Shown piece by piece: positions 37,777-48,056 of a DNA stretch of 64,000 bases (within the stretch, counting starts at the first letter, position 1; the number at the start of each line of letters is the position of its first letter). Where the stretch lies: positions 132,249-196,248 of the forward strand of contig CALXMK010000001.1 of NCBI GenBank assembly GCA_944389455.1. Direction: 5' to 3'. This stretch comes from an uncultured Verrucomicrobiota bacterium. GTDB taxonomy: Bacteria > Verrucomicrobiota > Verrucomicrobiia > Limisphaerales > UBA1412. Under the pieces are notes generated by a model. That model was not told the origin of the DNA. It searched no databases and saw nothing but the letters and a program-made list of their open reading frames with translations. Position numbers and translations under genes: made by a program.

Positions 37777-38607
37777 TTAGTTTTCGCCAATAGCCAAACG
37801 AGAGTAACGACGGATAGTTAAAGTGTCTCCAACTTCTTTGGCAACGGAATCAGTGTATTTTTGACAACTGAGATTCTGATCTTTATAAAAAAGCTGATCA
37901 ACCAAGCAAATTCCTTCAAAGAATTTATTTAGTTTGCCTTTGATAATTCCTTCAATGACTTTCTCAGGTTTGCCAGACATTTGTTCACGAGCAATGTCTT
38001 CCTCACGTTTAATAACATCGGCAGGAACTTCTTCTCTTCGTGTTGCAACAGGAGGAAAAGCGACACACTGAATAGAAAGCTCCTTGGCGAGAGCTAATAC
38101 TTCGGGACGGGCTAAAGTTTCAGGCTTAGTTGCTCCGATTTCGACCATTACAGCTTTGCGTGTATCGTGATGAACATAACCATTAATAACACCACCTTCA
38201 GAAGCTGTCCACCGAATGACTCTGCCAATTTTAATATTTTCACCAATTTTAGCTATAATAGCTTCGCGCTGAGTCTCAAGATCCGGATTTTCATTTTCAA
38301 GATAGGCATTAGCCATCTCAATACAAAATTGCTTGAAAAGGTCATTTTTTGGAACCAGAGGAGTTTCACAATTAACCTCAACTAAAACAGCGTTTTTGCC
38401 ATCTTTAGAACATGCGAAAGCAACAGAACCTTCATTGGCATCGCGAGCTGCACGTTTAGCAGCAGTCGCAGCACCTTTTTTGCGGAGGATATCAACTGCT
38501 TTTTCCAAATCCCCATCAGCTTCTGCTAGAGCTTTTTTACAGTTCATAAGCCCAGCGTTAGTCATTTCTCTCAATTTGCCGACCATCGCGGCAGTAATTT
38601 CAGCCAT
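37777..38607 (-). CDS. tsf: translation elongation factor Ts
   Basis: MAEITAAMVGKLREMTNAGLMNCKKALAEADGDLEKAVDILRKKG.. is the canonical UBA-like N-terminus. Lies 18 nt downstream of rpsB. Confidence 0.97.
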   Translation of the reverse strand: MAEITAAMVGKLREMTNAGLMNCKKALAEADGDLEKAVDILRKKGAATAAKRAARDANEGSVAFACSKDGKNAVLVEVNCETPLVPKNDLFKQFCIEMANAYLENENPDLETQREAIIAKIGENIKIGRVIRWTASEGGVINGYVHHDTRKAVMVEIGATKPETLARPEVLALAKELSIQCVAFPPVATRREEVPADVIKREEDIAREQMSGKPEKVIEGIIKGKLNKFFEGICLVDQLFYKDQNLSCQKYTDSVAKEVGDTLTIRRYSRLAIGEN

Positions 38608-38625
38608 AAATTTAGATCAAATAAG

Positions 38626-39462
38626 TTAATTTTGTTGTTCTTGGACACTGGCAGCAAGAGATGCAACATCTTCAGCTGTAGCTGCAATAGGAGATTCTGT
38701 TGTTGTTTCTTGCGCAGAGATCGCTTGTTCGGCAGAGGGTTCTTCAGAATCCTTTTCACCTTTTTTAGCATAGCGGGCTTCAAATGCAGCACGAGCTTCC
38801 CCAACAGATTGAACAATCGCCCCTAAGATAACGCGGATTGAACGGATAGCATCGTCATTAGCAGCGATAGGATAATCAGCTAAATCTGGATCACAATTGG
38901 TATCAACCATGGCAACCAGAGGGATACCAAGACGGCGAGCTTCGGCAACAGCGTTATGTTCGCGTTTTAGGTCAATGACAAACATTGCATCGGGAAGTTC
39001 TGTCATTTCGCGAATACCTCCCATATTTTTGGCCATTTTTTCTGCTTCACGACGTAAAGAACCTTGTTCTTTCTTCACATATTGAGCAATGGTTCCATCC
39101 TGGTCCATCTTTTCAATAGCAGTCATACGGGCAATTGAGCGACGAATGGTTTTCAGATTAGTTAAAGTGCCACCCAGCCAACGTTCCGTAACATAGGGTT
39201 GTCCGGTGATATTTGCTGCTTCCTTGATTGCTTCTTGAGCTTGTTTTTTAGTTCCAACAAAGAGTATTTTCCCTCCTTTGCTAGCAACTTTTGCTAAGAA
39301 ATTACAGGCTGCTTCAAGCTGTGTTTGTGTTTGATTTAAATCAATAACATGTACTCCGTGACGCGCTGCAAAAATAAAACGCTTCATTTTCGGATTCCAC
39401 CGACGAGTCTGGTGCCCAAAATGTACACCAGCTTCTAATAGTTCTTTTACGCCAATATTCAT
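38626..39462 (-). CDS. rpsB: 30S ribosomal protein S2
   Basis: ..LLEAGVHFGHQTRRWNPKM.. and the rest of the canonical S2 sequence, with an acidic C-terminal tail. Confidence 0.97.
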   Translation of the reverse strand: MNIGVKELLEAGVHFGHQTRRWNPKMKRFIFAARHGVHVIDLNQTQTQLEAACNFLAKVASKGGKILFVGTKKQAQEAIKEAANITGQPYVTERWLGGTLTNLKTIRRSIARMTAIEKMDQDGTIAQYVKKEQGSLRREAEKMAKNMGGIREMTELPDAMFVIDLKREHNAVAEARRLGIPLVAMVDTNCDPDLADYPIAANDDAIRSIRVILGAIVQSVGEARAAFEARYAKKGEKDSEEPSAEQAISAQETTTESPIAATAEDVASLAASVQEQQN

Positions 39463-39627
39463 TTCTATTATATTCCCATTTGTTCTCAGTTTTTTGCCAA
39501 AATATTTGGCAATAACCGTCCTGCGGGTAACAGGATTTATTTGGTGTTTTTATGGCCAAATCTTGACCGTTATTCTCGCATATGAATGCGAGACACTCAT
39601 TTTATCTAATAGATTTTTTAAAATCAA
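39463..39627 (-). promoter_or_regulatory. rpsB promoter and ~130-nt structured leader
   Basis: Minus strand: TTGATT (39627..39622), 17-nt spacer, TAAAAT (39604..39599). The leader contains hairpins TCTCGCAT/ATGCGAGA, CCTG/CAGG and TTGCCAAA/TTTGGCAA, and a long-range pairing AATAACGGTC/GACGGTTATT. Confidence 0.45.
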
Positions 39628-39751
39628 TTCTTTTAGTTGTGAGAAAAAGGAAATTATAGATCGCAGGAGAAAACTCAGTCACTGATTAAGATTTCTCTTT
39701 AGACTAGACACAATTTTATGGATTCCATAGACTAAGTTTCGGGAAGAGAAG

Positions 39752-39904
39752 ATGAAAGTCTTACTAGAAAAATTTATCGAAAAAATCCTACTGGTTCCCC
39801 TTGAATTTGGAAGAGCTTTTTTAGGCTGTCAAAGTGAGAGTTTCACTTTTGTGACTGCCGAAGGAGGATTTATTTTTTATGAGAAGCCTCTCTACTTAGA
39901 GTAA
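39752..39904 (+). CDS. unannotated 50-codon ORF upstream of the CapK-like ligase
   Basis: ATG 39752-39754 preceded by GGGAAGAGAAG; TAA at 39902-39904. Product MKVLLEKFIEKILLVPLEFGRAFLGCQSESFTFVTAEGGFIFYEKPLYLE. Falls below the apparent length cut-off of the ORF track. Confidence 0.3.
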   Translation: MKVLLEKFIEKILLVPLEFGRAFLGCQSESFTFVTAEGGFIFYEKPLYLE

Positions 39905-39945
39905 GTTATAGCATTAATCATTAAAAAATTGTAAAATTGTTAATA

Positions 39946-41334
39946 ATGCCACTGGAAGATACCCTTTATCCTTTTTTAAAAATCTATGATACTTTTCCTT
40001 TTGGAATTAAAAATTTTATAGGAAAGTGTTATAGATATTTACCTTCAAGATGGAAATGGGGGAAGGAATATCCCGCTTTTCAGAGATTGATTCGTGAGTC
40101 ATTGGAATGGGATGAAGATGATATTCAAGAATATCAGTTAAAACATTTGCGTTCAGTATTTTTACGGGCTCAAGCCAATTGCCCTTGGTATCAACAGCAG
40201 TTTTCTGCCGCTAAATTCAGACCCGAGAATATTCGTACGTTGGAAGATATTGCAGAAGCTCCTTTGTTAGAGAAAAAAGATATTCAAGATCATTTGGAAG
40301 AATTGGTATCCAAAGAATTCCCACCTTCAAAGCGCCTTTATATCACAACCGGAGGATCTACAGGGGTTCCAGTTGGGTTTTATTTACAAAAAGGTGTTTC
40401 CAGACCTAAAGAACAGGCATTTTTAGAGGGAATGTGGCAGAGAGCTGGTTGGACACCTGGAAGTCGAATGGTCTTAATTCGAGGGCATGTTACAACAAAT
40501 AAGGCTTCTGGAAATATTGCTATTTATGATGCAACTCGAAATTGGTTATTAATGTCTTCTGCCCATTTAACTTCAGATCGTATCCCGGAATATTTAGAAA
40601 AGATAGAGCGATTTAAGCCTGATTTTTTACATATTTACCCATCTGCGGCTTTGCAGATTTTAGAGTACCTAGAGAAGTCTAATCAGTCTTGGAGAATTCC
40701 CCTTCAAGCGCTTTTATGCGGATCTGAAAGACTTAATTTGCCTCAAAAACGGCTTTTGGAGCAGATGTTTGGGTGTCGAGTTTATCGGTGGTATGGTCAT
40801 TCTGAGAGAGCAGTTTTAGCGGGAGAAGGCCAGTCTTCAGAGTTGTTTTATTTTTGGCCTATTTATGGATATACAGAGTTTGGCCCTGTAGATGAAGATG
40901 GTTATCAAGAGGTAATTGCTACTTCATTTCATAACCATGTTATGCCGTTAATTCGTTACCGAACAGGAGATTATGTAAAATTAGCACCACCAGATATTCC
41001 ACATGACTATCCATGGATAGCAGCAACAGAGATTGCGGGCAGAGAACAAGAGTTTTTGGTCAGTGCTTCAGGAAGGAAGATCTCTTTGACAATGTTTAAT
41101 ATGCATGATGCTGTTTTTGACAATTTGTATGCGGTCCAATTTTATCAGAAAGAAAAGGGTAAAGCTATTTTTCGTTATCAGCCAACAAAACATTTTAATC
41201 CATCTCAATTGGAAAGTATAAAAGAGAAGGTTACAAATAAGTTGGGAGATGATTTTGAAATCTCTTTTCAGAAAGTAGAGGAGATGGATAAAACCCAACG
41301 AGGGAAGCATCGTTGGCTGGTCAGCGATATTTGA
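39946..41334 (+). CDS. CapK / phenylacetate-CoA ligase-family adenylate-forming enzyme
   Basis: About 460 aa. The phosphate-binding loop TTGGSTGVPVGF and the YRTGD motif (IRYRTGDYV) mark the ANL-superfamily CapK/F390-synthetase subgroup. ATG at 39946 preferred over TTG at 39937. Confidence 0.7.
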   Translation: MPLEDTLYPFLKIYDTFPFGIKNFIGKCYRYLPSRWKWGKEYPAFQRLIRESLEWDEDDIQEYQLKHLRSVFLRAQANCPWYQQQFSAAKFRPENIRTLEDIAEAPLLEKKDIQDHLEELVSKEFPPSKRLYITTGGSTGVPVGFYLQKGVSRPKEQAFLEGMWQRAGWTPGSRMVLIRGHVTTNKASGNIAIYDATRNWLLMSSAHLTSDRIPEYLEKIERFKPDFLHIYPSAALQILEYLEKSNQSWRIPLQALLCGSERLNLPQKRLLEQMFGCRVYRWYGHSERAVLAGEGQSSELFYFWPIYGYTEFGPVDEDGYQEVIATSFHNHVMPLIRYRTGDYVKLAPPDIPHDYPWIAATEIAGREQEFLVSASGRKISLTMFNMHDAVFDNLYAVQFYQKEKGKAIFRYQPTKHFNPSQLESIKEKVTNKLGDDFEISFQKVEEMDKTQRGKHRWLVSDI

Positions 41335-41385
41335 GGAAAGTTGTATTTTGTATATAAGTATATAAATAGAAGGTGATTTAGCAGA

Positions 41386-43212
41386 ATGTATAGTAGGTTA
41401 ATTGCACATCTCGGATCGATGCGTTTAGCAGTAGTTCTTATTGGAATCTTATCTGTGATTCTCATTTGGGCTACGATTTATGAGTCGACTCATTCAACGC
41501 AGGAAGCAGTAAGTCTTTTTTATGGTTCAGTTTGGTTTAGTTGTTTATTGCTTTTATTAGGAATTAATGTGGTATGCGCAGCATTAGTGCGTTATCCATG
41601 GTCTAAAAGACATCGTGGTTTTTTACTGACACATGCAGGAATACTTCTTATTTTAATAGGTGCTATAATCGGACTTCTTCTTGGGAAAGAAGGATATATA
41701 ACTTTAAAAGAGGGTGCTGGATCTGTTGATGCTATTACAACACAGAGAGAGGTAATTCAAATTAGCAGAACTGATAGAGCGGAATTTTTAAAAGTTCCAT
41801 TGGAAATTAACAAATTAAAATCTGCTTCTGTCCCTATCCCTATTGAGTTAAATCCAATTATTCCGAAAGATATTTTAAAAGTTTCAGCTGTTACACGATA
41901 TGAAAATACAGAAGAACAGACTTTGGTGGTAGAGTCTGAGAGAAAGTCTTTTTCTCCAGCTTTACAAATAAGTTTGTCGGCTTCAAGGGGTAATAGTGCA
42001 AATTCAGAAATAGAGGAGTGGCTTGTCTTATCGGATCCTGAAAAACAGGTTTTACAATTTGGTCCTTTATTTATACAAATAATCGGGGCTGAGACTCAAA
42101 AAGAATTAGATCAAATACTTAATCCGCCATCATTGGAGAAAATAGGTTTTGGCAATATATTTTTTGATATAGAGGGTGAAAAGATTGAAATTCCAGTGAA
42201 GGAGTCTTTGAATAAAGAGATTCGTTCTACAAATGGGAATATAGCTGTAACTTTGAAAGAGTATTTTCCAGATTTCAGAATGGATGATAATGATTCTCCT
42301 GTTTCAATTTCAGAAACACCTAATAATCCTGCTGTTCATTATTATATTTCTTGGGAAAAGGGCGAGGAGAAATGTTTTGTCTATGGGTTTGTTTTTGCGG
42401 ACTATCCGGAATTGAGCATGATGAAAGTTCATGGAGCTGATGAGGAACAAATTAAAGTTAATTATAAATTTAATCGTTCTATGTTAGATATAAATGCATG
42501 GGATGATTCTAATATAATTTGCCTAGTGGCAGGACCAGAGAATCAGCTGCATTATATTGCTCGAAGAGCAGGAGAAGATAAAAAAATAGGGACGTTACAA
42601 TTGAATGAAAAAATTCCCTTAAATTGGAAGATGAATCCTGCGATAACTATTAAGAAATACGTTTTTTCAGCGGAAGTCCTCTCGCAAGTAGTGCCCATCC
42701 CATTAGATGAAGAGAAAGGTTTTTCTCGTCCAGCACTTGAACTGAACCTCAATGGAGAAAATCTTTCAACTAATTTGATGATTCAGTGGAATCGTCCATT
42801 TGAAATTCAAGTTAAAGGGGTACCTGTTTTATTCTTATACACAGATGAAAAGATTCCATTGGATTTTGAAATTCAGCTTTTAAAATTTACGATGCCAACA
42901 TTTGAAGGAACAACTATGCCCGCTTCCTATGAGAGCTTGGTGCGAGTTACAGATAAAAAAAGTGGTGAAGCAGTAGAGCGTAAAATATGGATGAATCACC
43001 CTATGACTTATGGAGGATATAGAATTTCACAGTCAGGGTATTCTGATTCAATAGGAGGAAAAACTTCAACTTTGCAATTATTGTCAGATCCTGGTTCTTT
43101 TTTAAAATGGTGGGGATCTATTTTAATTATGATCGGGATTTTATTCATGTATTTTTGGAGACCTTTTTCATTACGCAATTCAAGTCGAAGAAATGAAAAA
43201 AATTCTGAATAG
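41386..43212 (+). CDS. ccsB: cytochrome c biogenesis protein ResB/Ccs1 (system II)
   Basis: 608 aa with N-terminal TM helices (..MRLAVVLIGILSVILIWATIYES..), a large periplasmic domain and a C-terminal TM. Lies directly upstream of ccsA. Confidence 0.8.
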   Translation: MYSRLIAHLGSMRLAVVLIGILSVILIWATIYESTHSTQEAVSLFYGSVWFSCLLLLLGINVVCAALVRYPWSKRHRGFLLTHAGILLILIGAIIGLLLGKEGYITLKEGAGSVDAITTQREVIQISRTDRAEFLKVPLEINKLKSASVPIPIELNPIIPKDILKVSAVTRYENTEEQTLVVESERKSFSPALQISLSASRGNSANSEIEEWLVLSDPEKQVLQFGPLFIQIIGAETQKELDQILNPPSLEKIGFGNIFFDIEGEKIEIPVKESLNKEIRSTNGNIAVTLKEYFPDFRMDDNDSPVSISETPNNPAVHYYISWEKGEEKCFVYGFVFADYPELSMMKVHGADEEQIKVNYKFNRSMLDINAWDDSNIICLVAGPENQLHYIARRAGEDKKIGTLQLNEKIPLNWKMNPAITIKKYVFSAEVLSQVVPIPLDEEKGFSRPALELNLNGENLSTNLMIQWNRPFEIQVKGVPVLFLYTDEKIPLDFEIQLLKFTMPTFEGTTMPASYESLVRVTDKKSGEAVERKIWMNHPMTYGGYRISQSGYSDSIGGKTSTLQLLSDPGSFLKWWGSILIMIGILFMYFWRPFSLRNSSRRNEKNSE

Positions 43213-43233
43213 AGAAATTAAAGATAATTGATT

Positions 43234-44907
43234 ATGAGTAGTTTAAGATGTGTTATTCTGTTGTTGTTACTGCCTGTTTGGTTGTTGGAAAATCAATGTC
43301 TTGCATTAGATAAAAATTCGATTGACATTCCTTCCAGTGGGTTATCGTTGTTGATTGTACAAGATGGGGGACGTAAAAAACCGTTAGATACTTATGCTCG
43401 TGAGAATTTGATCAAGTTAACTGGTCGATCAAAATGGAAGGATTCAGAAGGAGGAGAATGGACTGCTTTGGAAGTTATTGCTGATATGTTTTTAGGAACA
43501 AATAATTGGCAAAAAGAAAAGCTGATTAAAGTTGGCCATATCTTGTTAAAAAAAGAGGTAGGTTTGGATATAAATGAGAAGTTTTTTTCTTATCAAGATT
43601 TACATACCAATCAAGAATTGATGAAAAATCTGTCTCAAATAATTCGTATCGAGGAGGATGCTCCCCAATATGACAAAACGCTTTCTTTTGAGGCAAAAGT
43701 GCTTTTACAGAAAATCAGATTGGTTGAAAAATTGACTGCTTCTGAGGCGTTTTCATGGATCCCGGCTCCAAAAGGAGAGTCATGGTTTTCTTTAATAGAA
43801 GGCATTGAATTTTATAAAGAAAAAGGGAAAAATATTCAACAGAATTATGAGAATTTAAAAACAGTGTATCTTGCTGGAGGGGATAGAAATTTTTCAGATT
43901 GTGTTAATATACTTTTTGAGAATCTGAGATCTTTAGTTTCCCCAAATGATTATCCTCAAGGGAAAATAAGAATAGAAGTGTTTTACAATAACCTTCATCC
44001 TTTTCGTTTAGCATGGATTGCATGTTTAATTAGTTTTGTGTTAATGCTAATTGCCAATCAACAGAAGTCTTTAGGGAAAGCGATTTATTGGTTTGGGCTT
44101 GGAGTATTCGGATTGGGAACGATTCTACAAGTTATTGGTTTTATTCTTAGAACAGTAATTTCATCCAGAGCCCCAGTGACTAATATGTATGAAGTATTGG
44201 TGTTTATGGCATTGGGAGCATCTTTGATCGCATTTTTTTATGAGTTGTTTTGTCGAAGCAAGATTTTTATTTTGTCGGCAGCTGTAGTAACGGCTGTTGT
44301 TCTTATCTTGGCTGATAATTTACCTACTGTTTTTGATCCCAGCATACAGCCCTTGGTTCCAGTTTTACGATCCAATTGGTGGTTAACGGTTCATGTGATC
44401 ACAATTACTATTGGATATGCTGCTTTCTTACAGGCTTTAGGAATTGGGCATATTTCTGTTTTCTATTATTTATTTAAACCTCAAGAAGAGAAATCAATTC
44501 AAAGCTTAACAAAGTTTAATTGCAGAACAATGCAGATTGGAGTGTTTTTCCTTTCAGCTGGGACATTGCTTGGGGCATTGTGGGCAGAGAAAGCATGGGG
44601 ACGTTTTTGGGGATGGGATCCTAAAGAAACTTGGGCATTGATTGCGTTGCTTATCTATTTGGCAGTTCTTCATGCGAGATATGTTGGATGGATAAAAGGT
44701 TTTGGCCTCAATGCAGCTAGTATTTTAGCTTTCCAAGGGATAATCATGGCTGGTTATGGAGTTAATTATATCCTGGGAACAGGAAAACATAGTTATGGCT
44801 TTGGGATAGGAGGAGAAGAAATTGTTGCAATTTTTGTAGGAATAGAGATTCTTTTGGTCTTATTTGCTGTAATACGTTATCGAATGAAAAGATTAAAAAA
44901 TGATTAA
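43234..44907 (+). CDS. ccsA: cytochrome c biogenesis protein CcsA/ResC (system II heme handling)
   Basis: Trp-rich WWD motif WGRFWGWDPKETWAL. Polytopic, with a long N-terminal periplasmic extension. Confidence 0.88.
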   Translation: MSSLRCVILLLLLPVWLLENQCLALDKNSIDIPSSGLSLLIVQDGGRKKPLDTYARENLIKLTGRSKWKDSEGGEWTALEVIADMFLGTNNWQKEKLIKVGHILLKKEVGLDINEKFFSYQDLHTNQELMKNLSQIIRIEEDAPQYDKTLSFEAKVLLQKIRLVEKLTASEAFSWIPAPKGESWFSLIEGIEFYKEKGKNIQQNYENLKTVYLAGGDRNFSDCVNILFENLRSLVSPNDYPQGKIRIEVFYNNLHPFRLAWIACLISFVLMLIANQQKSLGKAIYWFGLGVFGLGTILQVIGFILRTVISSRAPVTNMYEVLVFMALGASLIAFFYELFCRSKIFILSAAVVTAVVLILADNLPTVFDPSIQPLVPVLRSNWWLTVHVITITIGYAAFLQALGIGHISVFYYLFKPQEEKSIQSLTKFNCRTMQIGVFFLSAGTLLGALWAEKAWGRFWGWDPKETWALIALLIYLAVLHARYVGWIKGFGLNAASILAFQGIIMAGYGVNYILGTGKHSYGFGIGGEEIVAIFVGIEILLVLFAVIRYRMKRLKND

Positions 44908-46411
44908 AGAAAAGATGCTCATCAAAGATTTAATGCAGGAATCCAATGTTAAATTTGGCACAAGCGGTGCAAGGGGATTGGTTTCCAATATGACAGATAA
45001 GGTTTGTTATACCTATACAGTGGCTTTTATTAACTATCTTGAGCAAGAAGGGCTAATCAAAAGATCTGATTCTGTCGCAGTAGCAGGAGATTTGCGTCCG
45101 AGTACTCCCCGCATTATGAGAGCTGTACTTAAGGCTATTGCGGATAAGGGATATATTCCTCTTAATTGTGGTTTTATTCCTTCTCCGGCTGTTGCATATT
45201 ATGGAATCAGACATTCTATCGCTTCTATAATGGTTACCGGAAGCCATATTCCAGATGATCGTAATGGAATTAAATTTAACAAGCCACAAGGAGAAATTTT
45301 AAAAGAGGATGAGATTAAAATTAGTTCTCAGTCCGTTGAGTTAGATGCTGGCCTATTTAATGCAGAGGGAATGTTAAAGGATCATTTTTCAATTCCTTCA
45401 ATATATAAAGCTGCAGAAATAGAGTATAAAAAACGCTATTTGGATTTTTTTGAGAATCAACCTCTATCGGGACTTAGAATTGGAGTTTATCAGCATTCCG
45501 CTGTAGGCAGAGATATTTTATTGGATATAGTTTGTTCACTAGGAGCTACTGTTATTCCATTAGGATATTCAAATAGTTTTGTGGCAGTTGATACAGAGGC
45601 AATTCGACCAGAGGATGTTGAGCTTGCTAAGAGATGGGTGCAAGAATATAAGCTAGATGCCATTTTCTCGACAGATGGAGATAGTGATAGACCTCTTTTA
45701 GCTGATGAGAAAGGGGTTTGGATCCGTGGTGATGTAGGAGGTATTCTTTGCGCATATTTCCTGAATGCTGATTTTATTAGTTTGCCTGTGAGCTGTAATA
45801 CAGCAGTTGAGATGACTGGATGGTTCAAAAAAGTAAAGCGTACTAAGATTGGTTCACCTTATGTGATTTCACAAATGCAAGAACTGGCTCAAGAGAATGT
45901 TCAAGGAATTGTAGTTGGGTACGAGGCTAATGGAGGATTTCTATTAGAAACAGAAGTTAAACATGGCTTAAATATTCTATCTCCGTTGCCTACACGTGAT
46001 GCTCTTATCTATTTGTTGGGAATTACACTTTTATCTAAAGAACAGAATAAAACTCTTTCTCAATTGGTAGAGGAGTTGCCAAAACGCTATACGTACAGTG
46101 GGCGTTTACAAAACTTTCCTCAAACAGAATCGACAAAGATTTTAAATTATTTTTCTGAAACTCTATCGAAAGATGATTTAAAAGAGCGTATCAATTCTTG
46201 TTTTGCACAACTGACTGGAAATGTTTTTCAAGTAGATAATACAGATGGAGTTAGAATGATTTTTGAATCTGGAGATGTTATTCATCTTCGGCCTTCTGGT
46301 AATGCTCCAGAATTCAGATGCTATACTGAATCAGATAGTCTAACTCGTGCGGTTCAACTTAATTCAAGTATATTTGATTGGATCAGATCATTTAATTTTA
46401 AACAGGTTTAA
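44900..46411 (+). CDS. alpha-D-phosphohexomutase family protein (phosphomannomutase/phosphoglucomutase)
   Basis: Active-site Ser loop MVTGSHIPDDRNGIKF, metal loop FSTDGDSDRP, sugar loop GYEANGG. Overlaps the ccsA stop by 8 nt. Confidence 0.8.
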   Translation: MIKEKMLIKDLMQESNVKFGTSGARGLVSNMTDKVCYTYTVAFINYLEQEGLIKRSDSVAVAGDLRPSTPRIMRAVLKAIADKGYIPLNCGFIPSPAVAYYGIRHSIASIMVTGSHIPDDRNGIKFNKPQGEILKEDEIKISSQSVELDAGLFNAEGMLKDHFSIPSIYKAAEIEYKKRYLDFFENQPLSGLRIGVYQHSAVGRDILLDIVCSLGATVIPLGYSNSFVAVDTEAIRPEDVELAKRWVQEYKLDAIFSTDGDSDRPLLADEKGVWIRGDVGGILCAYFLNADFISLPVSCNTAVEMTGWFKKVKRTKIGSPYVISQMQELAQENVQGIVVGYEANGGFLLETEVKHGLNILSPLPTRDALIYLLGITLLSKEQNKTLSQLVEELPKRYTYSGRLQNFPQTESTKILNYFSETLSKDDLKERINSCFAQLTGNVFQVDNTDGVRMIFESGDVIHLRPSGNAPEFRCYTESDSLTRAVQLNSSIFDWIRSFNFKQV

Positions 46412-46547
46412 GAATATTAAGGGGAGAATATATTATCACAGAAGCTAAAAGCTTGGTAAAATTATTTAAAAACAGCGGAAGTCAAAAAGAGCTTCTTTGG
46501 TTTATACACAGAGTTTGAGGTGTATGAATAGAAGGATAAGGTTAATA

Positions 46548-46576
46548 TTGCAAAAAGCCTTGTTATAAGCTAGAAT
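46548..46576 (+). promoter_or_regulatory. sigma70-like promoter for rseP-ispG
   Basis: TTGCAA (46548-46553), 17-nt spacer, TAGAAT (46571-46576), 50 nt upstream of the ATG. Confidence 0.45.
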
Positions 46577-46626
46577 AAAAAGAAGGAAGTTAGGGATTTT
46601 ATTCCTACTGCAGTAAGAGTAATTTT

Positions 46627-48054
46627 ATGGATCTTTTCTATACAATATTCGAGTATATCTATGTAATCATAGGGGTCGTTTTATTATTTGGAGCAGCTGT
46701 TTTTGTTCATGAATTTGGCCATTTTTGGGCAGCCAGAAAATGTGGAATGAAGGTTGAAGAGTTCGCCATTGGATTTGGCCCCAAAATTAAGAGCTGGAAG
46801 AAGAATGGAATTGAGTATTCAATCCGATGGATTCCAGCAGGCGGATTTGTGCGTCTGCCTCAGATGGTTACTAGTGAGGCTTTAGAAGGGGCCAGTGAGG
46901 AACCTTGTCCACCGGCAGCCCCTTGGAAAAGAATTGTTACGGCATTTGCCGGCCCATTCATGAATTTAATTTTTGGTTTTGTATTAGCTGTAATTCTTTA
47001 TTTTGTAGGATTACCTATGCTTGTCAATCCTCCTATTATAGGACCGCTGGAAGAAGATTCTGCAGAATATAAAATGGGAATTAGGATGGATGATGAGATT
47101 ATTTATGTAAATAATGAGAAAGTCCGCTCTTGGGAGGATGTGTATAATAAGTGTATACTTCTTCAGACAAATGTGGTGAATATAGTCACTAAAAGAGGGG
47201 ATTCTTTTTTTACTAATAATTTGACATTGGCGCCTAAAGGCTATTTGGAAGAGATGGGGATCCAATGGAAATTGCCTAATCTGGAACCGAAAGGATATGT
47301 TTCTGCGCTAAGTGTAATCAAAGATGGTCCAGGAGAACGAGCGGGATTAAAGGATGGAGATGCAATTGTTTCATTTAATGGTCAATTGGTTTTAGGAACG
47401 CAGCAACTAGTTGATATGGTGCGTCAGAATCCAGGGAAAGAGTGTCAAATGGTTGTTTTAAGATCTTTGCCAGGAAGCAAGGATCGTCGAGATAAAGAAG
47501 AAATAACATTGACAATTACACCTGATGATATGCAAGGAGTGGGAAGGATTGCAGTAAGTTTAGGTGCAGAGCAAACAGTTTATCAAGTGGTAAAACCAGG
47601 ACCGAAACCATGGGAGAAGGTTTGGGATGTGATTGATAAAACGTATTTGACAATAGCAGCTTTGTGTAACTCTAGTAAAACGGGAGTTGGGGCTAAGGAT
47701 TTAAGTGGCCCTCCTGGAATTCTTGCTATGTTGGCTGCTTATGTAAAGACGGACTATCGTTTAGCGTTAGATTTCATGATTTTGTTAAATATTAATTTAG
47801 CAATTTTAAATCTGTTGCCAATACCAGTTTTGGATGGAGGGCATATTCTCATGGCTTGTTTTGAAAAAATTACGGGAAGACCTATCAGTTTAAGGTTCCT
47901 TGAGTATGTGAATACAGCATTTGCTCTTTTATTGATTGGCTTTATGCTTTACGTTTCATTCAATGATATTTTGCGAATGAAGACTTTTGCCAGAATTTAT
48001 ACTCAAGATTCTCAGGTTGAAGAGATTGTTCCTCAAACTGAAATAGAGAAATAA
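46627..48054 (+). CDS. rseP: RIP site-2 metalloprotease RseP (M50)
   Basis: HEFGHFWAAR zinc motif, PDZ region, and NLLPIPVLDGGH motif. Confidence 0.93.
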   Translation: MDLFYTIFEYIYVIIGVVLLFGAAVFVHEFGHFWAARKCGMKVEEFAIGFGPKIKSWKKNGIEYSIRWIPAGGFVRLPQMVTSEALEGASEEPCPPAAPWKRIVTAFAGPFMNLIFGFVLAVILYFVGLPMLVNPPIIGPLEEDSAEYKMGIRMDDEIIYVNNEKVRSWEDVYNKCILLQTNVVNIVTKRGDSFFTNNLTLAPKGYLEEMGIQWKLPNLEPKGYVSALSVIKDGPGERAGLKDGDAIVSFNGQLVLGTQQLVDMVRQNPGKECQMVVLRSLPGSKDRRDKEEITLTITPDDMQGVGRIAVSLGAEQTVYQVVKPGPKPWEKVWDVIDKTYLTIAALCNSSKTGVGAKDLSGPPGILAMLAAYVKTDYRLALDFMILLNINLAILNLLPIPVLDGGHILMACFEKITGRPISLRFLEYVNTAFALLLIGFMLYVSFNDILRMKTFARIYTQDSQVEEIVPQTEIEK

Positions 48055-48056
48055 TC

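Noticed and set aside
39494-39685. 63-aa plus-strand ORF upstream of rpsB
   Set aside because: It lies antisense to the rpsB promoter and leader. It has no SD and an implausible composition. The 50-codon ORF at 39752 is the better small-gene candidate in this gap.
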